Source: Podarcis liolepis (lineage: Eukaryota). From it: a stretch of DNA of 64,000 nucleotides. A program made the translations under genes and the position numbers. This document shows, one piece after another, positions 50,401-64,000 of this stretch; position 1 is the first letter of the stretch, and each line of letters opens with the position of its first letter. The notes under the pieces are model-generated. The model was not told where the DNA came from and made no database searches. It was given only the letters and a program-made list of their open reading frames with translations. The stretch lies in NCBI GenBank assembly GCA_965112155.1, contig OZ218105.1; one strand, given 5' to 3'.

Positions 50401-50746
50401 GAACTTATGGCCAATCAAGTGGATGGACTATGCCAAAATGGCAAAACTAACTGGGAAGTTCGGGAATCAAGAAGACAAGAATTTTTAAAAAGGATGGGAA
50501 ATGTTTATAATGTATATACAGAATCATTGTAAACAGGTCAAAACATTAGCAGGATTTTAAATATACTTGTAATGCAACAGAACGTATAGATAACTTAAGA
50601 AGATGAAAAATTGGAGTAGTACTGAAAATTGAATCAAAAGGACCCAATGAAGGGATGGGGAGAAGTCAGGAGATTCAGAGTAATCTTGATATTTGGATTT
50701 TGTACTGTTTTATATTTTTGAAAATCAAATAAAAAAGATTATTAAA
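50401..50746 (+). mobile_element. L1-clade LINE 3' fragment
   Basis: Decayed MDYAKMAKLTGKFGNQEDKNF, resembling squamate L1 ORF2 C-termini; AATAAA and A-rich tail; TSD aaattctgcca / aagttctgcca. Confidence 0.7.
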
Positions 50747-51108
50747 AAGTTCTGCCATGCATATGAGCTCACTTTTTTTTCTTTTTGACATGTGGTCCTA
50801 GGATTGTGTTGAAATGTGACCCTGTGACTCCGAAACCTAGCCTTGGAGTTATCCCAAAGAAACAGCATTGGCTTTCAGATGAACTTCCCATGCCAGAATG
50901 GATAAACCATGGAAGACAACTTCAGCTTCCACCATCTCCATCAGGTCCCCAGAGCAGTGGCGGATCTTGTGGTCTCAAATTTCCGTGGTGCCCTTTGCGA
51001 CACCAACATCCTGCAGCCCTCTGCCTCTCATGCTCCATTGTAAATCATAATTGTAGTATCCCTGGCGCCACTCCTGAGGTTGCATACCCAGGGTGATCAA
51101 ATCAGTTA

Positions 51109-51464
51109 AAGGTAAAGGTAAAGGGACCCCTGACCATTAGGTCCAGTCATGGCCGACTCTGGGGTTGCGGCGCTCATCCCGCTTTATTGGCTGAGGGAGC
51201 CGGCGTACAGCTTCCGGGTCATGTGGCCAGCATGACTAAGCCGCTTCTGGTGAACCAAAGCAGCGCATGGAAACGCCATTTTCCTTCCCGCCGGAGCGGT
51301 ACCTATTTATCTACTTGGACTTTGAGGTGCTTTCGAACTGCTAGGTTGGCAGGAGCTGGGACCGAGTAACGGGAGCTCACCCCGTCGGGGGAATTGGAAC
51401 TGCTGACCTTCTGATCGGCAAGTCCTAGGCTCTGTGGTTTAACCCACAGCGCCACCCGTGTCCC
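51109..51464 (-). mobile_element. Sauria SINE, full length
   Basis: Perfect 13-bp TSD ATCAAATCAGTTA (51096-51108, 51465-51477). Confidence 0.96.
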
Positions 51465-53084
51465 ATCAAATCAGTTACGCTCCCCTAAATCCACCTCTGT
51501 CCAAAGTTCCCCTCCATTTGGTCTGGTGCACCCATGGGGGCATGGCTGGAAGCTGGGCCTTGCCGTGGCGAGAATCCTCAGCAAGAACACCTTGTGGACA
51601 CCGTAAACCGTTGAGACGACAGTTTAAAGCAGCAAAGCTGAGCTAGTTAAACCAACAGAGGCTGTTAGTGGCTGCACATTTCTGGGCAATACCCCCAGGA
51701 GTTGTCCACAGCCCCATTAATCCGGCATACGTATGAGCCATCTCCCGCTCTCCTCCCTAGATGTCATTAATACAAAGCACTAATTGGACTCCTTAATCAG
51801 AGCAAGGCAAAGTTGGGGAGCTGCAAGCAAATGCCCGTTTTGGCTGTCACAGTAATAACGGCAGAATAAAAATGAGTCATGGTGGTGTAGGGCTCTGTAT
51901 CTCATTTCCAAGGCCCGCCAGTTCCCCCCTTTCCTTCTCACTGTCCCTAGGGATGAGCGTGCAGTGAGGCTAGGCAAAGAGAGTGCTGTGCTTGACGGCA
52001 TAGCCAGCAGTGTTGTCTGCTGGGGCTCAGAGAGTGAGGCTGCTCGGCTCCTTGGCGATGTTTGTTGTTGTTCGTATGGTGCAGGAACTTGGCAGGAGCG
52101 GAGCGGCTAGTTTCCCACTTTCAGTCCCACAGTCAGGAAAGTCTCACAGCCTGTGGAGGAGACAGGCTGACTGAAAGAGCCAGCCAGCTCCACTGTAGAT
52201 AAGTTAATGTACACAGAGTGGACGTAAATTACCACGACCCTCAGCAGCAGGACATTGGCCAGGGCCTGTCAGAGAGAGGACAAACGTCGGCAAGCTGTGC
52301 GTCTCCCTGACATTTACCTCTAGATAGAGCAGCCTGCTGCCCTACAAGGAAGGACCTCTTGGAGCCAGAGTTTCCTTGAAAACAGCTGCGTGTCCCTGAC
52401 ACCTACAAGCTAATGCAGTTTTAATCAGGGGAATTAGCTGAGGGCGGCTGACTGTTTTCCCAAGCTATTTACATGGAGGCAGCATGTATGTTCTCCCTAC
52501 TTTGTGACTTTATTGACAATTCCATTATGTTTCTTTATCTGTGTGACATTTTCCCTCCTCCTCTCCAGAGAGCAACAATTCTTTTCATCTCCACCCACAA
52601 ACCCTACGCCATGCTCTTTGTTTACACAGTGACATCAGAAATGAGGTCTCCTCAAGACCTAGAAATTAATGAAATTATAAATAAAATCAGAGAATGATCT
52701 TGGCGCATGCCTAGTTAATGGTTTCCTGTGTGTTCTGAAGCATATTTCTTGATTAAGAGCCACAGAGACAATGTATAATGCTGTGTTTGCTCCAATGAAT
52801 CCGCCTAGATTTTTATTTTATGTTGTAGCCAATACATCCAGTTGAGATGTATTTATTTCAGATAGGATATTAAAGGAAAAGAATATTTGACTGAGAAATA
52901 GTGTAAATCATGGTTTGTATTTGATGTGTTGGATTGCTCAGCACTACTGATACTTTTTGGACCATCAACACAACTGTAAAGCAACTCACAAACATCCGTG
53001 ACCCTAAAAGCAGAATGCTTTATCCTAAAAAAATTACTTGAAAATAACTTCTATTAACTATAGTGAACCTTCCACTAATCCTGA

Positions 53085-53710
53085 AGGTGCTGCACTGGCT
53101 GCCAGTGAACTACCAAGCTGGATTCAAGTACCAGCATACAAAGCCCTAAATGGCTTTGGACCCAACAACCTAAAGGGACACCCCCCTCCATCTTGACAGG
53201 CAGGGGGAGCTCTGTTGGTGCTGCTGCTTCTGGTTGATGCCCAGTTGGCATTAACCCATGACAGGAACATCTAGGTCAGCGGTTCTCAACCTGTGGGTCC
53301 CCAGATGTTGTTGGACTACAACTCCCATCGTCCCTGAGCTCTGGCCTAGGGACCCGCTGGTTGAGAACTGCTGATCTAGGTGGTTCTTCTCTGTTTGTGG
53401 AATGCCCTCCCTAGTGAGGTGCACATGTTTCCCTCACCATTGTATATCAGCATACTATTAAAAACATCCCCATTTACCCAGGCATTTGATGGCTGCTGGA
53501 TACTGGCCATCAAATGGCGACTATGAAATTATTCACTGAGGGAATGTAAATGCTTTTAAATGTTTTTAGATGTTTCAATTGTTCTTAAAATGGTTTTTAA
53601 ATGTTAAAAATGAATTTGTATTGTATTTTAAACTGTACTCCTTTAACACTTTGATGTTTGCCTCCCAGAGCTCCTGTGGAAGAAAGGGGCAGGATGCAAA
53701 CTTCACACAT
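53085..53710 (+). mobile_element. Old L2 LINE 3' fragment containing a nested MITE
   Basis: LHWLPV, YKALNG and WNALP relics followed by a T-rich UTR. Confidence 0.7.
53277..53373. mobile_element. hAT (Charlie-like) mini-MITE nested in L2
   Basis: TIR CAGCGGTTCTCAACC / GGTTGAGAACTGCTG; perfect TSD ATCTAGGT. Confidence 0.9.
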
Positions 53711-55478
53711 AATGTAAGTAACAAAATAAGCAAATCAAATGTTCTTCTGGGCCCAGATGTACACTTAGAACTTACTGTAGAGGTGGGGCATCTGTTGTTG
53801 GATTACAACTCTCATCATTCCTGGATATTGCCCATGCTGGGAGGGACAGATGGGAGTTGAAGTCCAAGAAAGAGCCACCGTCACTTACTGATTGATGTGC
53901 TTCCTTTTTGGTTGAGTGGAAGCACCTTAGTAAGAACATGACACCATGGACTCCACATGCTCTAGAGGTATCTATGTAACAGCGACTAACAGTTCTATCC
54001 CTTGAGAAATGAGATTCATAGGGGGCAGGCGGTTGTGAACATAACTATTACAATCTGATTCCTAGTGACAAGTTGGTTTCAAAAACCTTTTATAAAATTA
54101 ATGTCTGTGTTTGAACAGGTTTTCTCCCTGAGTTAATCATTAGCCCATTGCAAAGTTATTATTATCAAATACATCACCGAAGGTCACAGAAAGAATAAAA
54201 CTCATATCTGAAACGTAATAAATAACACAACCATAACTTAGCTGAACGAGACTGTTACACCCTGACACCTTTTCAAGATTTCTTTGCTTTCTGGCAATGT
54301 AATCAAATGGTGCAAAGCTCTGCTTTCGGAGGCATGTGGTGAAATGCAAGAAAGAAAGTGAACCAGAAATGACCCATTGTGTTGCTTATGCACTCTGACT
54401 GCATTAGGAAAGCCTTTTGTTCTGATGTTTGGACTACGACCGGAAACAAACAGAAAAGCTTATCATACAGAAGAACAAATCCACACTTTGGCAAAACTGG
54501 GTGGACTTTTTAGTCACTGGAATTTTTTCTTCATGGAATAGTTTATGAGCAAGATATTTCCTGAATCTACATGTAACTAATTATTATTATTTTAATGGCA
54601 GTGTGTGGGAACTTTGTCTCCCCAGGTCCCATGCATATGCCTATAGATTCCTGTGAATAAACACATACCAGAGCTTAGTTTAAGTGGACTGCAACAGGGC
54701 TTGCTTTCAGTGCCAAGGCTGATGAATAAAGTATGAAAGAGGACCCGCAACAGAGTGTTGCAGTTTGGGAGTGCTTCTGTTTGGGATTCCAGCCTGCCAT
54801 GTACGCTTCTGGGACACTCCATCAGAAAACATAAGCTAGTTCAATGAAGTCCAGACAAACACCACAATGTGGACACATCCACACCTGCTGATCAGATAAA
54901 TAAGCCTAGTTTTATATACAGATTTTCTTAGCTAAATTGGGACAAGGAAGCAGTTTGGATAATTTTTTTTTATGTTGTTCCTATGGTATTTGCAGACACT
55001 TAAGGTTTTCTAGGAACTTGGAGCCATCACTAATCCACCAAGATAAACAATATCTCCAAACCTTCTGTTGCAGCAGAATCACAGCTTCTTAGCATGCAGA
55101 TCAGGAAATTGCTAGTGCAATTGTAGGGTGGCCTCATAGGGTGCAGACATTCACCAAATGCTGCTACTACAAGGCCAAACAACAGACCCCACCAACTTAT
55201 TAACTTTGTATCTTCTAAAATTCTGAATGAGCGTATAATAATTTTCTCTTTGCCTTCTAAGCAGTCACTTTGGTTTTTCCTATAAAAGCTAATCGTCCAT
55301 TTAGCTGTAGCTCATAATAAAACAGAGCGTTAAAACATATAGGTAGGTACAGAAGGCTCAAATCCATAAACAATTGATAATACGGTTCATTTTTTAAAAA
55401 AGTTAATTCATGGGAAATTGGGTAACACAGAGGGCTTCTAGATGACCTGTTTATTGTGCATTTATATTTGCTTGAAGG

Positions 55479-55868
55479 CAGTGCTTTTTTTCTCTTAAAA
55501 ATGTTTAGGGGTACCCTCATTTTGACACAAGAAAATCACCATTTTATAGTTCAAATAGGGGAAAATAAGTACAGTAAATGGACAAAAGTACAAAGAATAT
55601 GCATTACCTCATATTACTTCATATTATCACACATCCACATTCCACACTGCTTCACATATTAAACGCTTGCTTCCGCCTGAGACACAGGAAACACCGTGAC
55701 AGGAAATGAGGCCGCCATTGGGGGTAGCAATGGAACTGATGATTCACCGTGCTAGAGAAGAAACTATTTTTTTTAAATAAAAAAATAATAGTTTCTTCTC
55801 TCGTTAGATTCATAAAATGTTTAGGGGTATGTGTACCCCTATGTACCCCCCCCTGAAAAAAAGCACTG
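55479..55868. mobile_element. hAT non-autonomous element (long form)
   Basis: TIR CAGTGCTTTTTTTC / GAAAAAAAGCACTG; TSD cttgaagg / cttgtagg; ends shared with 770-916. Confidence 0.87.
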
Positions 55869-55904
55869 CTTGTAGGGAAATTAGATGGCAATGTCCATTT
55901 AACG

Positions 55905-56104
55905 AGCATTGCACCAAAGAATCTTGGGAAGTGAACTTTGCTAAGGGTGCTGAGAGTTAAACCACTCTAGAAATTGTAGCTTTGGGGATCTCTTAACAAT
56001 GCTCAGCACCCTTAACAAAGTACACTTTCCAGGGCTCTTTGGGGGAAGCCATTACTGTTTACAGTAGTATGATACTGCTTTCAGTGTATAGTGCAGATGG
56101 AGCC
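55905..56104. mobile_element. Common squamate non-autonomous DNA element relic
   Basis: Homologous to ~17233-17385, ~25980-26135 and ~31710-31780 (TGCACTATAC.TTTAAAGCAGTATCATA, CCCAAAGAATC.TGGGAA motifs). Confidence 0.55.
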
Positions 56105-58849
56105 TGAATTTGCTGGTATGTGGCTGAATCTAGCCCCCAAATAGCGGCAATTGTGAAGTGCCTTAGGAATCCAAAAAGAGGTTCTAGTAACGCAACATCA
56201 GTTGCATTAGTTTATGGGGGAAGCCTTCAGGATTGGGGAAAGGAGGATCACCCAATCCTGGAAGATGCCATACCAGTCATAGAAACTATAATAGGCAGGA
56301 TTTTTGAAACGCCTATCCGGGAAGGTTATTCAAAGACAAAGTTTCTGCCCTACAAGTTAATGTAAGTTGATTCAAATTAAGCACTATAAACCACAAGTAG
56401 TAAGCCACAGAACAGAGCTTGGGTGCAGCTTGTGGTTTGTCTAGCATGCAATAAAACACAAGCATGGTTTTGAATGTAACATGAAGCCTAATTATAGTTG
56501 ATCTGAAAGCAGTGCAAAGGCACCAGAGGAGCAAGGCAGCCACGACCTTTGCACACTAAGGCTCTGGTTTGGCTTAGTGTTTTGTTGGAACTGGGTCATT
56601 CTAAAGTGTGGTGAAAGAGTTTTGGACACCCATTCACTGCAGTCTGAAGCATTTGTTTGCAGGACAGCAAAACATAGACATTCTTTGAAATTTGCACTTC
56701 TCCGAATTTTGCCATGCAAAATTGCATACAAAACTGTAGAAATTCACATTAAAATGCTGAGGAAATTTTACGGGGACTTTTTTATTATTATTGCCAGCTG
56801 ATGTGGAGATGCGGTGAACTGAATATAGGGATGTAAAAATGAAAGACAGAGAAACCAAAACTGACAGTTTTGACTATCCCTAGTTGTAAGCCACCCTGAC
56901 TATGGAAGCGTGGGATATAATAAAATTTCTTAATGAATCATTTCTGTGTCTTAAAAAACCTCTGTACATATTCATGAGCTGTTTGTTTGTTTGCTATTTC
57001 ATTTCATTTCTGTCCCATGAAACATTCCAAAGTGATTAATAAAAAACATAAAAACCCCTACAATCTACAATGCACAGGAAACTGTTAACTCTTCTTGCTC
57101 AGTTCCTGTGTGCAATGGGCTCGGCATCTCCTACACTAAACATGCCCCTTCAGACATGCCCACATTTTATCATATGCCAGGATTAGACACTCAGCCTCCC
57201 TTCCCTTCTGAACAGAGGAAAAGTGCTAGGAGCTCTTCATTGTGAGCAAGTTGTCATGGTGACAGATGTAGCTGTTTTCTTTCCTATTGATGGGAGTGGG
57301 GAAATTGATGGGAAGCTTTTTGTGGACCTGTCTCTTTTTCTTCTCTCTCAGATACAGCAGCCATTTTGTGTTATGCCAATGCCCCCCTCCCCATGGCAGC
57401 CATATATATTTTTTACTGTTGCCATGACACCCTGCCCACTGCCCCCAAATGGTTGATGACTCCTGGTTAAGCTGATCAGTTAGATGATACTGTCTATAGT
57501 GGTAAGTCTGGACATGCTTAAATAAAAGTACTTTCCCAGTTCTTCAGGAAATACTTTGCTATATTACCTACTACCGAAGTATCAGTTGTTTACTTTGCTT
57601 GTATGTGTCCAGTACCCTTAGACGCCATTACAGAAAATGTAAATTTTGTAACGCCAAAGTATAATGTTCCCATCTGGTGATTGTAAGGGTACAGTGATAA
57701 AGCTGCATTCCTTGACAATGGGAGTGGTTTGGAAAGGGTGAGACAGTGAATATGTTTTACAGAGACAAATGATGCTACGATACAGTAATTGACTCTCATG
57801 GTTTGAAAAATGACATTTTGGATGTGATCCCACCTTCTGACTTTATGCTTGTCAGGAATAGGATCTATTAGTTCTTAACAGAAATAATAATAATAGCAAG
57901 CAGCCAAGGACAGCCGTGTGAATTGGCTCTAAATCAATGTTTCATGTCCCCCTCCTCCTTTGTGGGCTGTTCTTAATTCTCTGAAGTTAAGAGATGAGAT
58001 TTTACAACCTCCAGCCCTTTTTGTCTTTTCTTTTTTTTAATATAGTGAGATTACTAACCTCTTGTGGATTTTGTTTTCTTTCTTTGATAGTGGTCTGTGT
58101 CCCAAAAACCAAGATCTCCTATATTGCTCTTAGATTAAAGAGAAATTAAACAAAAGAAGGAAAGAAACACTGGAAATGTTTTACATTTTGTCTCTCTTCA
58201 ACAGTGTCATGTATGTTCTTTAAGCTGCTATAGGAAATTCTACTTTCAGTTTATATCATTATATTTTAGCTTATATTGTTGCATATACTTTCCTGGTCCA
58301 TTCAAACAAACACAGCAGTGACCAATAGGTGTTCATCCTTCACCAGTTTAAATGGCACTCACTATGAACAGTTATTACAGGAACCTCCCTGGATGAGAGC
58401 TCAGTGATCTTGGTATTAGGTAACGTTTTGTTCTCTTTGCTATAGTAATTTGGACTGCAATATTTATTCTGGCGTTCCACTCTTCAGTGCCTCAGCCTCA
58501 GCAAAATGCTTTGATGATATTTACAAAAGGAAGATGAAACACAGGAGACAATTTCTTGCTTATTAGTATAACCTTACTTATGACATAATATTTATTAGCA
58601 TACAACCCTACAGTTTCTATGCAAGAGTTATTTAGTCTAATCAAAATTATTTTCTAGATTGGTGGAAATATTCCAGACTAGGGATGGCCAAATTTCAGAA
58701 GTATATGGTTTGTGAATTGTGAATACAGATGCTGGACCAGAAGAACATCTGGTCTAATTTGGTAATCATCATCTTCTTTGCAAAGTTCTGAACCAGAGAC
58801 TTCCTAGTTCACAAATGGAGTGTGTGTGTGTCCTGCTCTCTATGCTATA

Positions 58850-59012
58850 TGGAAAGAGCATAGCTTGGTGCTAGAATATCTGCTTCACATGCATTTCCAG
58901 GTAGTTCTGGGAATGTCCGCCATCTGAAACCTTGGACTGGTGCCAGTCATGTAGAGAATATGGAACTAGGTGGACCAATGGTTTGACTGGGTATGAGGCA
59001 GCTTGTTCCTAT
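58850..59012 (+). mobile_element. tRNA-derived squamate SINE
   Basis: CATAGCT..GTG.TAGA..ATCTGCTT..CATGCA head; other copies at ~3866-3930, ~19925-20070, ~39040-39165 (-), ~50290-50360 (-) and ~60938-60990. Confidence 0.6.
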
Positions 59013-60429
59013 GATCACTGCTGATCCAAATGGTTTGACAATACCAGCATGAGTTGTACAGTAACAGCAAGGATTGCACCAGTCCCTCTCCCCTGTAAAA
59101 GGTGGTACATTTTCTCCTTGTGGGGTGCTATCTGAAAGTAGCCTAAATGTACTGAGGAATTTATCTTAGAAACATTTTGAACTCCGTGATACACAAGTTA
59201 ATGGTAAGGATAGTCAACATATGGTGAATACTCTGGCATAATGTGAAACGTTTAGGGGCTGTACTCTTCTAAGCAGCATATTTCTCAAGTTATCTGCAGT
59301 AAGTAAATGAAGACATAGAATCAAACCCTTTTTAAAAAAAGAGTTCAAATTGCAATTGTTTTTCAAATCTATTGATTGTGACACTAGTGTACTCTTCGTC
59401 TGATTTTTTGCAGAGTATAATTTATGCCTCCTCTTTTGGAGTGCTGTTTCATTTGGCCCATATTTGAATATACTGTCAAAAGAAAAGAATGCCCTTCTTG
59501 AAAACAGTATCAAATATTTTATACACAGCGCGTTTTAAAGAGTCCCTGTGGCAAAGGCCTGTATTAAATTTCATGTTCACAGTTGTACTAAAGCAAGATC
59601 TTACCCTATCTTTTATATTCCTTTTGTACATATCATCAAAGCATTTCACTTAGGCCAAGTCACTGAAGAGCGGAAAGCCAAAATAAATATTGCTGTTTAA
59701 ATTACTAGGGCAAAGGGACCACAATTTTATCCAACACCAAAATCATGAATCTCTGATCTAGGGAGGTAACTGTAGTAAGGTTTCTACATTTTATAGATTT
59801 GGCTAACATATCAGTTTTGATTATGCTGGTTATTTATTCCTGATTACTAAAGACATTCTTCCATCTAAACAGTAATTTATCCTGACAGACTTTTGGACTG
59901 GGAACATTTATAGTAACTTAAAATTGCAGTTGCCCGTCAAATGAAGGTCCTTGTTCTTACATTCTTTAAATCTGCAACTAGGTCTCTTAACAGTTAGGAG
60001 TAAAGATAATGCATGTGAAGTAGTCTATTTCTTCTGGATCCTTGCTAGCTATGGAGAACGTAGGAAGTTTCTTGTAACACATCTAGCTCAGGCCTGTCTG
60101 CACCACTGGTCTTCTGCTGTGGGTCAGGATCCAGTACTCTGTACCAACCCGATCTAAAGTATGTCATAACAGCACTGCCACCACCATAAAAAAAGCATGG
60201 TGAAAAATTAATGTGAGCCCACAAATGCATGTCTGGGCTAAAGGTGGCATTTAGAATATCTTAATAGGAAGAATGTCATGAGATCACACAGCACTATGAG
60301 AACTGGTTGCAATGGAAATGCTAGTCCGTTGTGGAGATCCCATTTACACACATTCACGCAGCAATAACAACTGAGAAAATTACACTTCTCTGCAATCAAA
60401 AGTCTATACCACCAATAAAAGACATCTAA

Positions 60430-60862
60430 GTAGTGATGTATGGAAATGAGAGATGGACCATAAAGAAAGCTGATCGCTGAAGAATAAATGCTTTTGAATT
60501 ATGGTGCTAGAGGAGACTCTTGAGAGTCCCATGGACTGCAAGAAGATCAAACCTATCCATTCTTAAGGAAATCAGCCCTGAGTGCTCACTGGAAGGACAG
60601 ATCCTGAAGCTGAGGCTCCAATACTTTGGCCACCTCATGAGAAGAGAAGACTCCCTGGAAAAGGCCCTGATGTTGGGAAAGATGGAGGGCACAAGGAGAA
60701 GAGGACGACAGAGGACAAGATGGTTGGACAGTGTTCTTGAAGCTACCAGCATGAGTTTGACCAAACTGCGGGAGGCAGTGGAAGACAGGAGTGCCTGGCG
60801 TGCTCTGGTCCATGGGGTCACGAAGAGTTGGACACGACTAAACGACTAAACAACAACAACAA
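60430..60862 (+). mobile_element. BovB (RTE) LINE 3' fragment
   Basis: LRVPWTARRSNLSILKEISPECSLEGQILKLRLQYFGHLMRR is the BovB ORF C-terminus; in-frame stops upstream; (CAA)n tail. Confidence 0.95.
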
Positions 60863-62263
60863 TCCATCCTCAATGGCTATGCTAATTTAGAGATTATGGT
60901 CTGGATCCTACCACAGCTGCTGCATTAGGACCACACTGGGCCACAGCTCAGTGGCAAAGCATCTGCCTTGCATGCAGAAGACCTCAGGTTGTGTGAACAG
61001 CAATGTGGGATGTACATAACTTAAATGAATAAATAAGAACAATCTAATTTACATTTGGTTCCTGACCCAGGAATGGAAAAGAATTCACAAGCTGCAGTCT
61101 GCTACTCTATATACATCTCCCTTGCTGGATTGCATTTTAAGGCTGTATGATACATATCCCAGATACACTGTCCATATTTGTGAATTCTCCTCTTTCTGGC
61201 TTAAAATGGATCACGCTGTCTCGTTTTGTGACGAAAAGCACATGAAACCAAAAGGATTAATGCAATTTGTCCTAACCAAGACATTAGGGTTGTGTGCCCA
61301 GCCCAATAAAAGGAAATACATTGTTCATGATTTCATTTGCAGTGACAGAACAAGAGGAGGAAAGAGAGAGACAGAGAGTGAAAAAACAAAAATACAATAT
61401 ACAGGAGCCTAAGCTGAAACCTCATTTGTCACGGGAAGGGGGCTTTGGCACAATCCAGTCTGTTTGTAATGTAGTGTCTCCAGTCGGCTTGAGTAAAAGT
61501 TGGCTGCAGTTTCTTAGAACCTGCCTTTTGAGACTCAGTGGCTGCTTTTCTTCCCACAGATTTGATTACACTAATTGCACATTTTTTACAATTATAAAAT
61601 CAAGGTCATGGGACAACATAAAATGCTAGAAATTGATGGCTTTTGTTTTTATCCTGCTTTTAGTGAGGTGTTTGTCCTTTCCCTCAGCTGCATTTTTAAC
61701 TAGCCTATAAACATTGTAGATCTGTTGGACATAATATTTTATGGATTTCAGCTTCTTTGTAAAGGAAAAACATGTAGGAACAATGTGATATGACAGAAGG
61801 AAGCTCTGTCAAAATCCTTGTGTGTGTGTGTTTTTAAGCTGTAGTCCTATAACAGTAAATCCTATACTTCTGAATAGACATGCATAGGATTGCACTGTCA
61901 GGGCTCACTCACACTTTTGCTTGACCCATATTTTGATTGTATTGTGTGCCAATTAATTTCCCCAGGTCTGAGAGCTTTTGCTGGCCCAGGCGCAGTGGAG
62001 CCAAGGGCAGAAGGGGTCTGAATACAACACAGGTGGCAATAAAACATGTGACAGCCATATGGGATTAAACAGGCCACAACTTCTCCAAAAGATAACTGAG
62101 GCCAAGGCACGGGTGTGGCTAGTTTATATTTCCCGAGAGGGGCCCAGAAGGAAGACTGCGAGATGAAGTCTCTCCTCTGGGCTGTTCCCCAAGCCATGTC
62201 CATGAACTCCCCTGAGATTGGTTGCACTGTCCATGAGAGATTCTCTAGCAACCAGTGTGGTCC

Positions 62264-62410
62264 ATAGTAGCCAACTCCAAGAGGGATCTTCAGCCCCCCC
62301 CAATAAATATTTGAGGGGGCTGGGGTCCCCCAAAGTTGATGGGCATTGCCATTCAAATGGTGTGCATGCACCACGTCATGTGATAGCTTATGCAGGGCAG
62401 GGCTTACCTG
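62264..62410. mobile_element. Non-autonomous DNA element, same family as 10407-10578
   Basis: Direct sequence similarity between the two copies. Confidence 0.55.
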
Positions 62411-63516
62411 GGCTATTGTTCCGTGGCTGTGCCTTGCGAAAACCCAGCTTATTTGCTGAATCAGATCTTATCAGATGCATGGGAAATCTGAAGAGAAATT
62501 TTGCTTAACCAAGCTTCAGTTTGGTGAGTAAGATTGGATTTTTGCAAGGCTCAGCCACAGAACAATGGGAAAGCTCTCGGACCCGGGGTTCCATGCTGCT
62601 TCCACATCAATCTGTTTTTTATTTAATCCACATGCCAGTTTGAATTCAAAGTACCTATTTAAATGCATAATCTTAAATGCACTTTTAGACATATTTTTTC
62701 TCAAAACACACAAGCACATATTGTATATTTTACCTTTTTTTAAAAATGTAATTTTAAAACTTATTTTATCCTAAAATATCGCAATCTAAAATGTAATTTT
62801 GTGATGAGAATGTCATTGCAAAATGTGGAGAAGTGTGACATCTGAAGAATGGCCATCTTCTGACCTGCACATTAGTCTAGCAGTCTGGGAAGTTCAGATT
62901 AGGGCAACTCATATCAGGGTTTAAAAATAATGAATTCTCCAAGCAGCCATAATGTCTAGTTTGGCCCCGCTCTCCAGCTGCTAATACACATGCAACCATA
63001 TTCCTGTTGGCCGTGTCAAAGGCTTGATGTCCAGTTTTATAGATCACCATAACCCGGTTAAATTGCCTCAGTCTGCTTTGCAGATGGGGGGGGGGAGGGA
63101 AATAAGGAGAGGCGTGCATTTCTACATTTGTGAGAAAAGTGCATAAAAGACAAGGAATGAATCAACCAACCCAGAAAGCGGAGGTGGATGAGGACTGTGG
63201 TTTAAGTGGGGATTTCCATGGAACCAACAGTAGGTGACAACTCATGTGGAATGAATACATACCAGACAAGGCATGCAATCCCTAATATTGATCTAAGAGC
63301 CCAAAGAACTGGGTGCAAAGGTTGGGAGCAAAGCAGTGGCAGATGTGTTTCTTATCCAGTGTAAGTAATTGTCAAAATGGACAGCACAGAGAAAGCGTTT
63401 TCATTTATTATTTCAGTATGTATAGCCCAATTTTCCTCCATGAAGGATCTGCAAAAGCCCAGAATTATTTGGGTGGGTGGTGAAATATGCTTCAAATATG
63501 CTTTAAAGGTATAGCA

Positions 63517-63810
63517 CATGGGTCAGAAACCTTTTTCAGCAGTGGGCTGGTCCACCATCCCTCAGACCATGTGGTGGGCCAGACTATATTTTGAAAAAAA
63601 TAATAATGAACGAATTCCTATGCCCCACAAATAACCCAGAGATGCATTTTAAATAAAAGCATACATTCTACTCATGTAAAAACACCAGGCAGGCCCCACA
63701 AATAACCCAGAGATGCATTTTAAATAAAAGGACACATTCTACTCATGTAAAAACATGCTGATTCCCAGATTCCCGCATCCGGCCCACGGGCCTTAGGTTG
63801 TCTACCCCTG
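63517..63810. mobile_element. hAT (Charlie-like) element with internal tandem duplication
   Basis: Termini CATGGGTCAGAAACCT / AGGTTGTCTACCCCTG; TSD gtatagca / gtatagga; ~64-bp unit repeated at ~63622 and ~63693. Confidence 0.8.
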
Positions 63811-64000
63811 GTATAGGAGGTACTCAGCTTAATGCTCCTTTAAGAGTTGGGTTGGAAGGACAAAGGAGAGAGAGAGAGTGTGTGTGTGTGTGTGGCCAGA
63901 GCAGACAGAGAAGCAGCTGAAGCAGGAAGGTGGATCATGGTGAAGGTCTTTTATGTTAAAACTACATATTTGTCATTCATTTCTAGCTTTCTTCATTAAT

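Noticed and set aside
1-64000. CRISPR array, prokaryotic operon or defence system, or intact autonomous transposon/endogenous virus
   Set aside because: This is vertebrate repeat-rich DNA with no regularly spaced repeat-spacer array and no transposase, gag/env or viral ORF.

Overview
This is vertebrate genomic DNA from a squamate, most likely a lacertid lizard. That call rests on four full-length Sauria SINEs with (ACCTTT)n tails plus BovB, CR1, L2, L1, RTE and Penelope-type relics. The window is almost entirely non-coding. It holds one CpG island (~1.1-2.3 kb) that most plausibly promotes a minus-strand gene leaving the window to the left, with a non-coding first exon and a candidate ATG-bearing micro-exon at 586-598. 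A very strong minus-strand splice acceptor at 23475 is probably the terminal exon/3' UTR of a second, unidentified gene. No convincing coding exon was found in the ~40 kb upstream of it. The only long protein-like ORFs are retroelement-derived (CR1 RT 42448-43485, BovB 60520-60849); the rest of the ORF track looks like noise. Many transposon insertions can be resolved with terminal inverted repeats (TIRs) and target-site duplications (TSDs), including two solo LTRs and several nested insertions. I could not name any host gene, and I found no supportable new biological system. The best leads are a solo LTR offering a sense-strand poly(A) signal in a putative 3' UTR, a tandem-donor start micro-exon, repeat-borne CTCF-like motifs and several candidate conserved non-coding elements.
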